From: Antedon mediterranea
Lineage: Eukaryota > Animalia > Echinodermata
NCBI RefSeq assembly: GCF_964355755.1
Contig: NC_092673.1
Coordinates: forward strand, 10,168,001-10,232,000
Direction of reading: 5' to 3'
Length of the DNA stretch: 64,000 nt
The position numbers and the translations under genes were made by a program. The notes below the pieces were generated by a model, which was given only the letters and a program-made list of their open reading frames with translations, did not search any database and was not told where the DNA came from. Of this stretch, positions 13,037 through 26,100 are shown piece by piece (within the stretch, counting starts at the first letter, position 1; the number at the start of each line of letters is the position of its first letter).

Positions 13037-13158
13037 AAGTGAAAATTATTTTACTTAGCCAAAAACTGGCGTGGTAATCTGTTGACAGCGTGAGGTGAAG
13101 AGGATGAGATGCTCACGCTGTCAAAAGATGATTGCGAGGGCGCCCCGCAATCACGTGA
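13037..13158 (-). repeat. Split direct repeat A1 (5' terminus of the retroelement)
   Basis: Matches 6290-6412. Confidence 0.92.
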
Positions 13159-16100
13159 TATTATCGTATTTGGAGACGTTTTTGACCATTTTGTGCATTT
13201 CGATGAAACTTTTCACACAAAACCATCAAAGTGCACAAAATAGCTTCAAATCGCATTTGGAGACGTTTTAGACCATTTTGTGCATTTCGATGAAACTTAA
13301 TTACACAAAAATATCAAAGTGCTTAAAAACACATTTTAAACCGTTTTATACCATTTTGAGCATTTCGATAAAACTTTTCACACAAAACATTAAAGTGCAC
13401 AAAATAGCTTTAAATCGCATTTGGAGACGTTTTAGATTTTTTTTTCTGCATTTCGATGAAACTTGGTTACACAAAAACATCAAAGTGCTTAAAATCACAT
13501 TTGAAACCGTTTTAGACCATTTCAAGCATTTCTATAAAACTTTTGACACAAAAACATCAAAATACATTCAATAGCTTATTATCGTATTTGGAGACGTTTA
13601 GACGATTTTGAGCATTTCGATGAAACTTTTCACACAAAAACAACAAAGTAGCCTACATACAATAGCTTAATATCGTATTCGGAGACGTTTTAGAACATTT
13701 TGTGCATTTCGATGAAACTTTTCACACAAAACATCAAAGTGCACAAAATAGCTTCAAATCGCATTTGGAGACGTTTTAGACCAATTTGTGCATTTCGATG
13801 AAACTTTTCACACAAAAACAACAAAGTACATACAATAGCTTAATATCGTATTTGGAGACGTTTTAGACAATTTTGTGCATTTCGATGAAACTTTTCACAC
13901 AAAAAAACAATGTTCACAAAATAGCTTCAAATCGCATTTGGAGACGTTTTTGACCATTTTGTGCGTTTCATTACACAAAACATCAAAGTGCACAAAATAG
14001 CTTCAAATCGCATTTGTAGACGTTTTAGACCATTTTGTGCATTTCGAAAAAACTTGGTAACATAAAAACACCAAAGTGCTTAGAATAGCTTCAAAATGTA
14101 TTTGGAGACGTTTTAGAACATTTTGTGCATTTCGATGAGACTTTTCACACAAAAACATCAATGTGCATACAACAGCTTATTATCGTATTTGGAGACGTTT
14201 TTGACCATTTTGTACATTTCGATGAAAATTTTCACACAAAACATCAAAGTGCAAAAATAGCTTCAAATCGCATTTGGAGACGTTTTAGACCATTTTGTGC
14301 GTTTCATTACACAAAACATCAAAGTGCACAAAATAGCTTCAAATCGCATTTGGAGACGTTTTAGACAATTTTGTGCATTTCGAAAAAACTTGGTAACATA
14401 AAAACACAAAAATGCTTAGAATAGCTTCAAAACGAATTTGGAGACGTTTTAGACCATTTTATGCATTTCGATGAGACTTTTTCACACAAAACATCAATGT
14501 GCATACAACAGCTTATTATCGTATTTGGAGACGTTTTTGACGATTTTGTGCATTTCGATGAAACTTTTCACACAAAACCATCAAAGTGCACAAAATAGCT
14601 TCAAATCGCATTTGCAGACGTTTTAGACCATTTTGTGCATTTCGATGAAACTTGATTACACAAAAATATCAAAGTTCTTAAAATCACATTTGAAACCGTT
14701 TAGACCATTTTGTGCATTTCGATGAAACTTTTCACACAAAAACAACAAATTGCATACAATAGCTTAATATCGTATCTGGAGACGTTTTAGACCATTTTGT
14801 GCATTTCGATGAAACTTTTTACACAAAAACATCAAAGTGCTTAAAATCACATTTAAAACCGTTTTAGACCATTTCGAGCATTTCTATAAAGGTTTTGACA
14901 CAAAACATCAAAGTGCACAAAAGAGCTTCAAATCGCATTTGGAGACGTTTTAGACCATTTTGTGCATTTCGATGAGACTTTTCACTTAAAAACATCAATG
15001 TGCATACAACAGCTTATTATCGTATTTGGAGACGTTTTTGACCATTTTGTGCATTTCGATGAAACTTTTCACACAAAACATCAAAGTGCACAAAATAGCT
15101 TCAAATCGCATTTGGAGACGTTTTAGACCATTTTTTTGCGTTTCATTACACAAAACATCAAAGTGCACAAAATAGCTTCAAATCGCATTTTGAGACGTTT
15201 TAGAGCATTTTGTGCATTTCGATGAGACTTTTCACACAAAAACATCAATGTGCATACAAAAGCTTATTATCGTATTTGGAGACGTTTTTGACCGTTTTGT
15301 GCATTTCGATGAAACTTTTCACACAAACCCATCAAAGTGCACAAAATAGCTTCAAATCGCATTTGCAGACGTTTTAGACCATTTTGTGCATTTCGATGAA
15401 ACTTGATTACACAAAAACAACAAAGTGCATACAATAGCTTAATATCGTATTTGGAGAGGTTTTAGACCATTTTGTGCATTTCGATGAAACTTTTCACACA
15501 AAAACATCAAAGTGCTTAAAATCACATTTGAAACCGTTTTAGACCATTTCGAGCATTTCTATAAAACTTTTGACAAAAAACATCAAAGTGCACAAAAGAG
15601 CTCCAAATCGCATTTGGAGACGTTTTAGACCATTTTGTGCATTTCGATGAGACTTTTCACACAAAAACATCAATGTGAATAAAACAGCTTATTATCGTAT
15701 TTGGAGACGTTTTAGACCATTTTGTGCATTTTGATGAAACTTGAATACAAAAAAACATCAAAGTGCTTAAAATCACATTTGAAACCGTTTTAGAACATTT
15801 TCATCATTTCGAAAAAACTTGTTAACATAAAAACAGCAAAGTGAATACAATAGCTTAATATCGTATTTGGAGACGTTTTAGACCATTTTGTGCATTTCGA
15901 TGAAACTTGAATACACAAAAACATCAAAGTGCTTAAAATCACATTTGAAACCGTTTTAGAACGTTTTCATCATTTCGAAAAAACTTGTTAACATAAAAAC
16001 ATCAAAGTGCACAAAATAGCTTCAAATCGCATTTGGAGACGCTTTAGACCATTTTGTGCATTTCGAAAAAACTTGGTAACTTAAAAACATCAAAGTGCAT

Positions 16101-19050
16101 ACAATAGCTTATTATCGTATTTGGAGACGGTTTTGACCATTTTGTCCATTTCGATGAAACTTTTCACATAAAACCATCAAATTGCACAAAACAGCTTATT
16201 ATCGTATTTGGAGACGTTTTTGACCATTTTGTGCATTTCGATGGAACTTTTTACACAAAACATCAAAGTGCACAAAATAGCTTCAAATCGCATTTGGAGA
16301 CGTTTTAGACCATTTTGTGCATTTCGATGAAACTTGATTACACAAAAACATCAAAGTTCTTAAAATCACATTTGAAACCGTTTTAGAACATTTTCATCAT
16401 TTCGAAAAAACTTGTTAACATAAAAACAGCAAAGTGCATACAATAGCTTATTATCGTATTGGGAGACGTTTTTGACCATTTTGTCCATTTCGATGAAACT
16501 TTTCACACAAAACCATCAAATTGCACAAAATAGCTTCAAATCGCATTTGGAGACGTTTTAGACCATTTTGTGCATTTCGATGAAAGTTTTCACACAAAAA
16601 CAACAAAGTGCATACAATAGCTTAATATCGTATTTGGAGACGTTTTAGACCAGTTTGTGCATTTCGATGAAACTTTTCACACAAAACAACAAAGTGCACA
16701 AAATACCTTCAAATCGCATTTGGAGACGTTTTAGACCATTTTGTGCGTTTCATTACACAAAACATCAAAGTGCACAAAATAGCTTCAAATCGCATTTGCA
16801 GACGTTTTAGACCATTTTGTGCATTTCGAAAAAACTTGGTAACATAAAAACACCAAAGTGCTTAGAAGAGCTTCAAAATGGATTTGGATACGTTTTAGAC
16901 AATTTTGTGCATTTCGTTAAAACTTTTCACACAAAAACATCAAAGTGCATACAATAGCTTATTATCGTATTTGGAGACGTTTTTGACCATTTTGTGCATT
17001 TCGATGAAACTTTTCACACAAAACCATCAAATTGCACAAAATAGCTTCAAATCGCATTTGGAGACGTTTTAGACCATTTTGTGCATTTCGATGAAACTTT
17101 TCACACAAAAACAACAAAGTGCATACAATAGCTTAATATCGTATTTTGAGACGTTTTAGACCATTTTGTGCATTTCGATGAAACTTTTCAACCAAAAACA
17201 TCAATGTGCATACAACAGCTTATAATCGTATTTGGAGACGTTTCTGACCATTTTGTGCATTTCGATGAAACTTTTCACACAAAACATCAAAGTGCACAAA
17301 ATAGCTTCAAATCGCATTTGGAGACGTTTTAGACCAATTTGTGCATTTCGATGAAACTTTTCACACAAAAACAACAAAGTACATACAATAGCTTAATATC
17401 GTATTTGGAGACGTTTTAGACCATTTTGTGCATTTCGATGAAACTTTTCACAAAAAAAACATTAAAGTCCACAAAATAGCTTCAAATCGCATTTGGAGAC
17501 GTTTTAGACCATTTTGTGCATTTCGATGAAACTTGATTACACAAAACATCAAAGTGCACAAAATAGCCTCAAATCGCATTTGCAGACGTTTTAGACCATT
17601 TTGTGCATTTCGATGAAATTTGATTACACAAAAACATCAAAGTGCTTAAAATCACATTTGAAACCGTTTTAGACCATTTTGAGTATTTCGATAAAACTTT
17701 TCACACAAAAACATCAAAATACATACAATAGCTTAATGTCGTATTTGGAGACGTTTTAGAACATTTTGTGCATTTCGATGAAACTTTTCACACAAAAACA
17801 TCAATGTGCACAAAATAGCTTCAAATCGCATTGAGAGATGTTTTAGACCATTTTGTGCATTTCGATGAAACTTTTCACACAAAAACATCAAAGTGCACAA
17901 AACAGCTTCAAATCGTATTTGGAGACGTTTTAGACAATTTTGTGCATTTCGATGAAACTTTTCACACAAAACAACAAAGTGCACAAAATAGCTTCAAATC
18001 GCATTTGGAGACGTTTTAGACCATTTTGTGCATTTCATTACACAAAACATCAAAGTGCACAAAATAGCTTCAAATCGCATTTGGAGACGTTTTAGACCAT
18101 GTTGTGCATTTCGAAAAAAACTTGATTACACAAAAATATCAAAGTGCTTAAAATCACATTGGAAACCGTTTTAGACCATTTTGAGCATTTCGATAAAACT
18201 TTTCACACAAAACATTAAAGTGCTTAAAATCACATTTGAAAACGTTTTAGACCATTTCGAGCATTTCTATAAAACTTTTTACACAAAACATCAAAGTGCA
18301 CAAAAGAGCTCCAATTCGCATTTGGAGACGTTTTAGACCATTTTGTGCATTTCGAAAAAACTTTTCACACAAAAACATCAAAGTGCATACAATAGCTTAA
18401 TATCGTATTTGGAGACGTTTTAGACAATTTTGTGCATTTCGATGAAACTTTTCACACAAAAACATCAAAGTGCACAAAATAGCTTCAAATCGCATTTTGA
18501 GAGGTTTTAGACAATTTTGTACATTTCGATGAAACTGGATTACACAAAACATCAAAGTGCACAAAATAGCTTCAAATCGCATTTGCAGACGTTTTAGACC
18601 ATTTTGTGCATTTCGATGAAACTTGATTACACAAAAACATCAAAGTGCTTAAAATCACATTTGAAACCGTTTTCAGACCATTTTGAGCATTTCGATAAAA
18701 CTTTTCACACAAAACATCAAAGTGCACAAAATAACTTCAAATCGCATTTAGAGACGTTTTAGACCATTTTGTGCTTTTCGAAAAAACTTAGTAACATAAA
18801 AAAACACCAAAGTGCTTAGAATAGCTTCAAAACTGATTTAGTGACGTTTTAGACCATTTTGTGCATTTCGAGACTTTTCACACAAAAACATCAATGTGCA
18901 TACAACAGCTTATTATCGTATTTGGAGACTTTTTTGACCATTTTGTGCATTTCGATGAAACTTTTCACACAAAACCATCAAAGTGCACAACATAGCTTCA
19001 AATCGCATTTGGAGACGTTTTAGACCATTTTGTGCATTTCGATGAAACTT
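13159..19050 (+). repeat. AT-rich satellite DNA, ~86-87 bp monomer (right arm)
   Basis: Same monomer as 2470-6086, resuming in register after the retroelement. Confidence 0.95.
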
Positions 19051-19371
19051 GACAAAATTCATTCTGTGTAGACAAAATTAATTCTGTGTTGACAAAATTA
19101 ATTCTGTGTAGACAAAATTCATTCCGTAACGACAAAATTCATTTTGTGGCGACAACATTCATTCTGTAACGACAAAATTCATTTTGTGTAGTAGACAAAA
19201 TTAATTCTGTGTGGACAAAATTAATTCTGTGTAGACAAAATTCATTCTGTAACGACAAAATTCATTTTGTGGCGACAAAATGTATTCTGTGTAGACAAAA
19301 TATATTCTGTGTAGACAAAATACATTCTGTGTAGACAAAATGAATTTTGTCGCGACAAAATGAATTTTGTT
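19051..19371. repeat. ~20-bp tandem repeat (GACAAAATTCATTCTGTGTA) with quasi-palindromic units
   Basis: About 15 copies; variants such as GACAAAATGAATTTTGTC are self-complementary. Confidence 0.9.
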
Positions 19372-19377
19372 AGCCTT

Positions 19378-19437
19378 GCCTACTCAAGCGTGGGACAAAA
19401 CGTTTTTTAAAACATTTTGTCCCACGCGTGAGTAGGC
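19378..19437. repeat. 60-bp near-perfect palindrome (hairpin/cruciform)
   Basis: GCCTACTCAAGCGTGGGACAAAACGTTTT-TT-AAAACATTTTGTCCCACGCGTGAGTAGGC; 29-bp arms with 2 mismatches. Confidence 0.9.
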
Positions 19438-19875
19438 TCGGTTTTAACATTTAAATTAGAAGGCGGAGTTTAAACGTGAAAAGGGCAAGACAGGGTGAAG
19501 CTATACATGATGAAGCGCGGAAAATGGTTTTTATAGAGCCCTGCTTACTAATTAAGTAACATTGTAGTAATAGGGCTATTTAATATTTTGCCGTTTAAAA
19601 TATTATTTATTAATCTTATAAAATGTATATACTTTATTTTAAAATTAAAGATGTATATTGTCTCCCAAAATCATGAAAAATAAAGATTTTTAAAATCGGA
19701 CTTTAAATAGGCCAATATGCAGTTTTAATGAAGTTGTTCACTTCCATAAGAAAAAAGAACGGGGAAAAATTATTTAACCTATAAAAAGACAAAATAAACA
19801 GTTGAATTACCCAAAAACTCATTGGCTTCCAGACAATTTGACCATTTTTTTGCTTTAAATTACAGTTTTTTCAGG

Positions 19876-20099
19876 TAGATCAGCGAGAGAGAGATAGATA
19901 GATCAGCGAGAGAGAGATAGATCAGCGAGGGAGAGATAGATAGATCAGCGAGATAGAGATAGATCAGCGAGAGAGAGATAGATAGATCAGCGAGAGAGAG
20001 ATAGATAGATCAGCGAGAGAGAGATAGATCAGCGAGAGAGAGAGATAGATAGATCAGCGAGAGAGATATAGATCAGCGAGAGAGAGATAGATAGATCAG
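19876..20099 (+). repeat. Short (GA)nTAGATCAGC minisatellite block
   Basis: Same unit and orientation as the main array. Confidence 0.93.
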
Positions 20100-20609
20100 T
20101 ACTTGCCTTTACGACGCCTGAGGGAATATACACTTGTGGAATAGAGATTGGAATGTTCCATTCATCGCAAATCAATACATTTGTATAAACGTATATTAAA
20201 TGTATCAAAATAGCATTTTTTAAGGAAAATCGGCCTGTCTTCAACATTATGATGCTGTACTCGAACTGTTCAACCGGTTTTCAGCTATTAAAAACAATTA
20301 TCGTAGGAGGAGATAGGAAAATGCGAAGTGTCCTCGTATTATTGTATGCGGGTATTTTTCAATTTGACATCATCATTAGACAGTGTATACCACGATCAGA
20401 AAACACCCTGTTTGGGGCAAATCGTTGAACCTAAATTCGTTTTAATCGTCAATAACTAATTATCGAACTCAATTTAATTAGTAAACAGAGTTACATCAGG
20501 TGGTTAAAATCAGTACCGAAAGTACGAACCAACTTTATATACCATCGAGTAAACATTCTAGAAATAACGCTCGATTTAACGATTTTTGCCCTTACGTAAA
20601 TTTATATAT

Positions 20610-21615
20610 AGATTCTATAATTATCCTATAATATTGCCAGTTATGTACATATTATATTGTGCTAACATCATCTTATAGAGACATAGTAACTAGTTATGTC
20701 AAAAAGTAAAAGGGTTGAAAAATGAAAATTAAATAATTATGCTATAATATTGCCATTTATGCAAATATATTGTGCTAACATCATCTTATATAGCCATAGT
20801 AACTAGTTATGTCAAAAAATAAAAGGGTCGAAATTTTGCCATTTTCCGAAAATTTCCGTTCAGGGGACGACAGGAATTTTTTCGAAAAGTAACCAAAATG
20901 TCTACCATTTAAAATTCGAAAATTATGCTATAATATTGCCATTTATGCAAATATATTGTGCTAACATCATCTTATAGAGCCAGAGTAACTAGTTATGTCA
21001 AAAAATAAAAGGTTTGAAATTTGGCAATTTTTGCAAAAATTTCCCTGCGGGGGACCATAGGAATTTTATCGAAAAATGACTAAAATTTCCACTTTTTCAA
21101 ATTCAAAAATTATGCTATAATATTGCCATTTATGCACATATATTGTGCTGACATCATCTTATAGAGCCATAGCAACTACTTATGTCAAAATATAAAAGGG
21201 TCGAAAATGGCTAAAATTTTCCACTTTTTAAAATTAAATAATTATGCTATAATTTTGCCATTTATGGACATATATTGTGTTAACATCATCTTATAGAGCC
21301 ATCGTAACTAGTTATGTCAAAAACTAAAAGGGTCAACATTTTGCCAATTTTCGAAAATTTTACTCTGGGGGACCATAGGATTTTTTTAAAAAAGGGCCAA
21401 AATTTCAAATTTTTTAAATTCTATAATTATGCTATAATATTGCCATTTATGCAAATATATTGTGTTAACATCATCTTATAGAGCCATAGTAACTAGTTAT
21501 GTCAAAAAATAAAAGGGTCGAAATTTGGAAATTTTTCGAAACATTTTCCTGCTGGGGACCACAGGAATTCTTTCGAAAAATGACCAAATTTTCCACCTTT
21601 TAAAATTCAAAAATT
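20610..21615 (+). repeat. ~186-bp AT-rich satellite array, forward orientation
   Basis: AATTATGCTATAATATTGCCATTTATG at ~20735, 20921, 21108, 21240 and 21425. Confidence 0.9.
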
Positions 21616-23071
21616 AGAGATAGATCAGCGAGAGAGAGATAGATCAGTGAGAGAGAGATAGATCAGCGAGAGACAGAGAGATAGATCAGCGACAGAGAGG
21701 AGAGATAGATCAGCGAGAGAGAGATAGATCAGCGAGAGAGAGAGATAGATCAGCGAGAGACAGATAGATCAGCTAGAGAGAGATAGATCAGCGAGAGACA
21801 GATAGATCAGCGAGAGAGATAGATCAGCGAGAGAGAGATAGATCAGCGAGAGAGAGATAGATCAGCGAGAGAGAGATAGATCAGCGAGAGAAAGAGATAG
21901 ATCAGCGAGAGAGAGAGATAGATCAGAGAGAGAGATAGATCAGCGAGAGAGAGAGAGAGAGAGAGATCAGCGAGAGAGAGATAGATCAGCGAGAGAGAGA
22001 GAGAGAGAGATCAGCGAGAGAGAGATAGATCAGCGAAAGAGATAGATCAGCGAGAGAGAGAGAGATCAGCGAGAGAGATAGATCAGCGAGAGAGATAGAT
22101 CAGCGAGAGAGAGATAGATCAGCGAGAGAGAGAGAGATAGATCAGCGAGAGAGAGAGAGAGATCAGCGAGAGAGAGATAGATCAGCGAGAGAGAGAGAGA
22201 GAGATAGATCAGCGAGAGAGAGATAGATCAGGGAGAGAGAGAGATAGATCAGCGAGAGAGAGATGGATCAGCGAGAGAGAGATAGATCGGCGAGAGAGAG
22301 ATAGATCAGCGAGAGAGAGATAGATCAGCGAGAGCGGGATAGATCAGCGAGAGAGAGAGATAGATCAGCGAGAGAGAGATAGATCAGCGAGAGAGAGAGA
22401 GAGAGAGAGATCAGCGAGAGAGAGATAGATCAGCGAGAGAGATAGCTCAGCGAGAGAGAGAGAGATCAGCGAGAGAGATAGATCAGCGAGAGAGAGAGAT
22501 AGATCAGCGAGAGAGATAGATCAGCGAGAGAGAGATAGATCAGCGAGAGAGAAAGAGATAGATCAGCGAGAGAGAGAGAGAGAGAGAGATCAGCGAAAGA
22601 GAGATAGATCAGCGAGAGAGAGAGAGATAGATCAGCGAGAGAGAGATAGATCAGCGAGAGAGAGAGAGATAGATCAGCGAGAGAGAGATGGATCAGCGAG
22701 AGAGAGATAGATCGGCGAGAGAGAGATAGATCAGCGAGAGAGAGATAGATCAGCGAGAGCGGGATAGATCAGCGAGAGAGAGAGATAGATCAGCGAGAGA
22801 GAGATAGATCAGCGAGAGAGAGATAGATCAGCGAGAGAGAGAGATAGATCAGCGAGAGAGAGATAGATCAGCGAGAGAGAGATAGATCAGCGAGAGAGAT
22901 CAGCGAAAGAGAGAGAGATAGATCAGCGAGAGAGAGATAGATCAGCGAGAGAGAGAGATAGATCAGCGAGAGAGAGATAGATAGATCAGCGAGAAAGAGA
23001 GATAGATCAGAGAGAGAGAGAGATAGATCAGCGAGAGAGAGAGAAAGAGAGATCAGCGAGAGAGAGATAGA

Positions 23072-23135
<64 letters not shown>

Positions 23136-26100
23136 TCAGCGAGAGAGAGAGAGAGAGAGAGATCAGCGAGAGAGATAGATCAGCGAGAGAGAGAGAGAGA
23201 GATAGATCAGCGAGAGAGAGATAGATCAGTGAGAGAGAGAGATCAGCGAGAGAGAGAAAGATCAGCGAGAGAGAGAGATAGATCAGCGAGAGAAAGATAG
23301 ATCAGCGAGAAAGAGATATAGATCAGCGAGAGAGAGATAGATCAGCGCGAGAGAGAGAGATAGATCAGCGAGAGAGAGAGAGATAGATCAGCGAGAGAGA
23401 GATAGATCAGCGAGAGCGAGATAGATCAGCGAGAGAGGGAGAGATAGATCAGCGAGAGAGAGATAGATTAGCGAGAGAGAGATAGATCAGCGAGAGAGAG
23501 AGAGATCAGCGAGAGAGAGATAGATCAGCGAGAGAGAGATAGATCAGCGAGAGAGAGATAGATCAGCGAGAGAGAGATAGATCAGCGAGAGAGAGATAGA
23601 TCAGCGAGTGAGAGAGATAGATCAGCGAGAGAGAGAGATAGATCAGCGAGAGAGATATAGATCAGCGAGACAGAGATAGATCAGCTAGAGAGAGAGATAG
23701 ATTAGCGAGAGAGAGAGAGAGAGAGATCAGCGAGAGAGAGATAGTTCAGCGAGAGAGAGAGATAGATCAGCGAGAGAGAGATAGATCAGCGAGAGAGAGA
23801 GAGATTAGCGAGAGAGATAGATCAGCGAGGGAGAGAGAGATAGATAGATCAGCGAGAGAGATAGATCAGCGAGAGAGAGATAGATCAGCGAGAGAGAGAG
23901 AGAGATAGATCAGCGAGAGAGAGAGAGATAGATCAGCGAGAGAGAGTGATAGATCAGCAAGAGAGAGATAGATCAGCGAGAGAGAGATAGATCAGCGAGA
24001 GAGAGATAGATCAGCGAGAGAGAGATAGATCAGCGAGAGAGAGATAGATCAGCGAGAGAGATAGATCAGCGAGAGAGAGAGATAGATCAGCGAGAGAGAG
24101 AGAGATAGATCAGCGAGAGAGAGAGATAGATCAGCGAGAGAGAGAGAGATAGATCAGCGAGAGAGAGAGAGATCAGCGAGAGAGAGATAGATCAACTAGA
24201 GAGAGATAGAACAGCGAGGGAGATAGATCAGCGAGAGAGAGATAGATCAGCGAGAGAGAGATGGATCTGCGAGAGAGAGATAGATCAGCGAGAGAGAGAT
24301 AGATCAGCGCGAGAGAGAGAGATAGATCAGCGAGAGAGAGATAGATCAGCGAGAGAGATAGATCAGCGAGAGAGGGAGAGATAGATCAGCGAGAGAGAGA
24401 TAGATTTGCGAGAGAGAGATAGATCAGCGGGGGAGAGTTAGATCAGCGAGAGAGAGATAGATCAGCGAGAGAGAGACAGATCAGCGAGAGAGAGATAGAT
24501 CAGTGAGAGAGAGAGAGAGATCAGCAAGAGAGAGATAGATCAGCGAGAGAGAGAGAGATAGATCAGCGAGAGAGAGATAGATAAGCGAGAGAGAGATAGA
24601 TCAACTAGAGAGAGATAGAACAGCGAGGGAGATAGATCAGCGAGAGAGAGATAGATCAGCGCGAGAGAGAGAGAGATAGATCAGCGAGAGAAAGATAGAT
24701 CAGCGAGAGAGATAGATCAGCAAGAGAGAGAGATAGATCAGCGAGAGAGAGATAGATCAGCGAGAGAGATAGATCAGCGAGAAAGATAGAGATAGATCAG
24801 CGAGAGAGAGAGATAGATCAGCGAGAGAGAGAGAGAGATAGATCAGTGAGAGATAGAGATAGATCAGTGAGAGAGAGAGAGAGATAGATCAGCGCGAGAG
24901 AGAGATAGATCAGCGAGAGAGAGTGATAGATCAGCAAGAGAGAGAGAGAGATCAGCGAGAGAGAGATAGATCAGCGAGAGAGAGAGAGATAGATCAGCGA
25001 GAGAGAGATAGATAAGCGAGAGAGAGATAGATCAACTAGAGAGAGATAGAACAGCGAGGGAGATAGATCAGCGAGAGAGAGATAGATCAGCGAGAGAGAG
25101 ATGGATCTGCGAGAGAGGGATAGATCAGCGAGAGAGAGATAGATCAGCGCGCGAGAGAGAGAGATAGATCAGCGAGAGAAAGATAGATCAGCGAGAGAGA
25201 TAGATCAGCAAGAGAGAGAGATAGATCAGCGAGAGAGAGATAGATCAGCGAGAGAGATAGATCAGCGAGAAAGATAGAGATAGATCAGCCAGAGAGAGAG
25301 AGAAAGATCAGCGAGAGAGAGATAGATCAGCGAGAGAGATATAGATCAGCGAGAGAGATAGATCAGCGAGAGAGAGATAGATCGGCGAGAGAGAGATAGA
25401 TCAGCGAGAGAGAGATAGATCAGCGAGAGAGAGAGATAGATCAGCGAGAGTGAGATAGATCAGCGAGAGAGAGAGATAGATCAGCGAGAGAGAGATAGAT
25501 CAGCGAGAGAGATAGATCAGCGAAAGAGAGATAGATCAGCGAGAGAGAGATAGATCAGAGAGTGAGAGATAGATCAGCGAGTGAGAGATAGATCAGCGAG
25601 AGAGAGATAGATCAGCGAGAGAGAGATAGATCAGCGAGAGAGAGATAGATCAGCGAGAAAGAGATAGATCAGCGAGATAGTGATAGATCAGCGAGAGAGT
25701 TAGATCAGCGAGAGAGAGATAGATCAGCGAGAGAGAGATAGATCAGCGAGAGAGAGAGATAGATCAGCGAGAGAGAGATAGATCAGCGAGAGAGATAGAT
25801 CAGCGAGAAAGATAGAGATAGATCAGCGAGAGAGAGAGATAGATCAGCGAGAGAGAGAGAGAGATAGATCAGTGAGAGATAGAGATAGATCAGTGAGAGA
25901 GAGAGAGAGAGATAGATCAGCGCGAGAGAGAGATAGATCAGCGAGAGAGAGTGATAGATCAGCAAGAGAGAGAGAGAGATCAGCGAGAGAGAGATAGATC
26001 AGCGAGAGAGAGAGAGATAGATCAGCGAGAGAGAGATAGATAAGCGAGAGAGAGATAGATCAACTAGAGAGAGATAGAACAGCGAGGGAGATAGATCAGC

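Larger units (their letters stand above)
6087..13158 (-). mobile_element. Full-length degenerate tyrosine-recombinase retrotransposon (DIRS order, Ngaro/PAT-type split direct repeats)
   Basis: Gag, RT, RNase H and YR remnants on the minus strand; A1...B1-A2-B2 repeat layout. Removing it restores the satellite (acagct|tattatcg) with no target-site duplication. Confidence 0.92.

Noticed and set aside
19645-19870. TTAAAGATGTATATTGTC as a Kolobok-like transposon end
   Set aside because: No matching inverted terminus found in the window.
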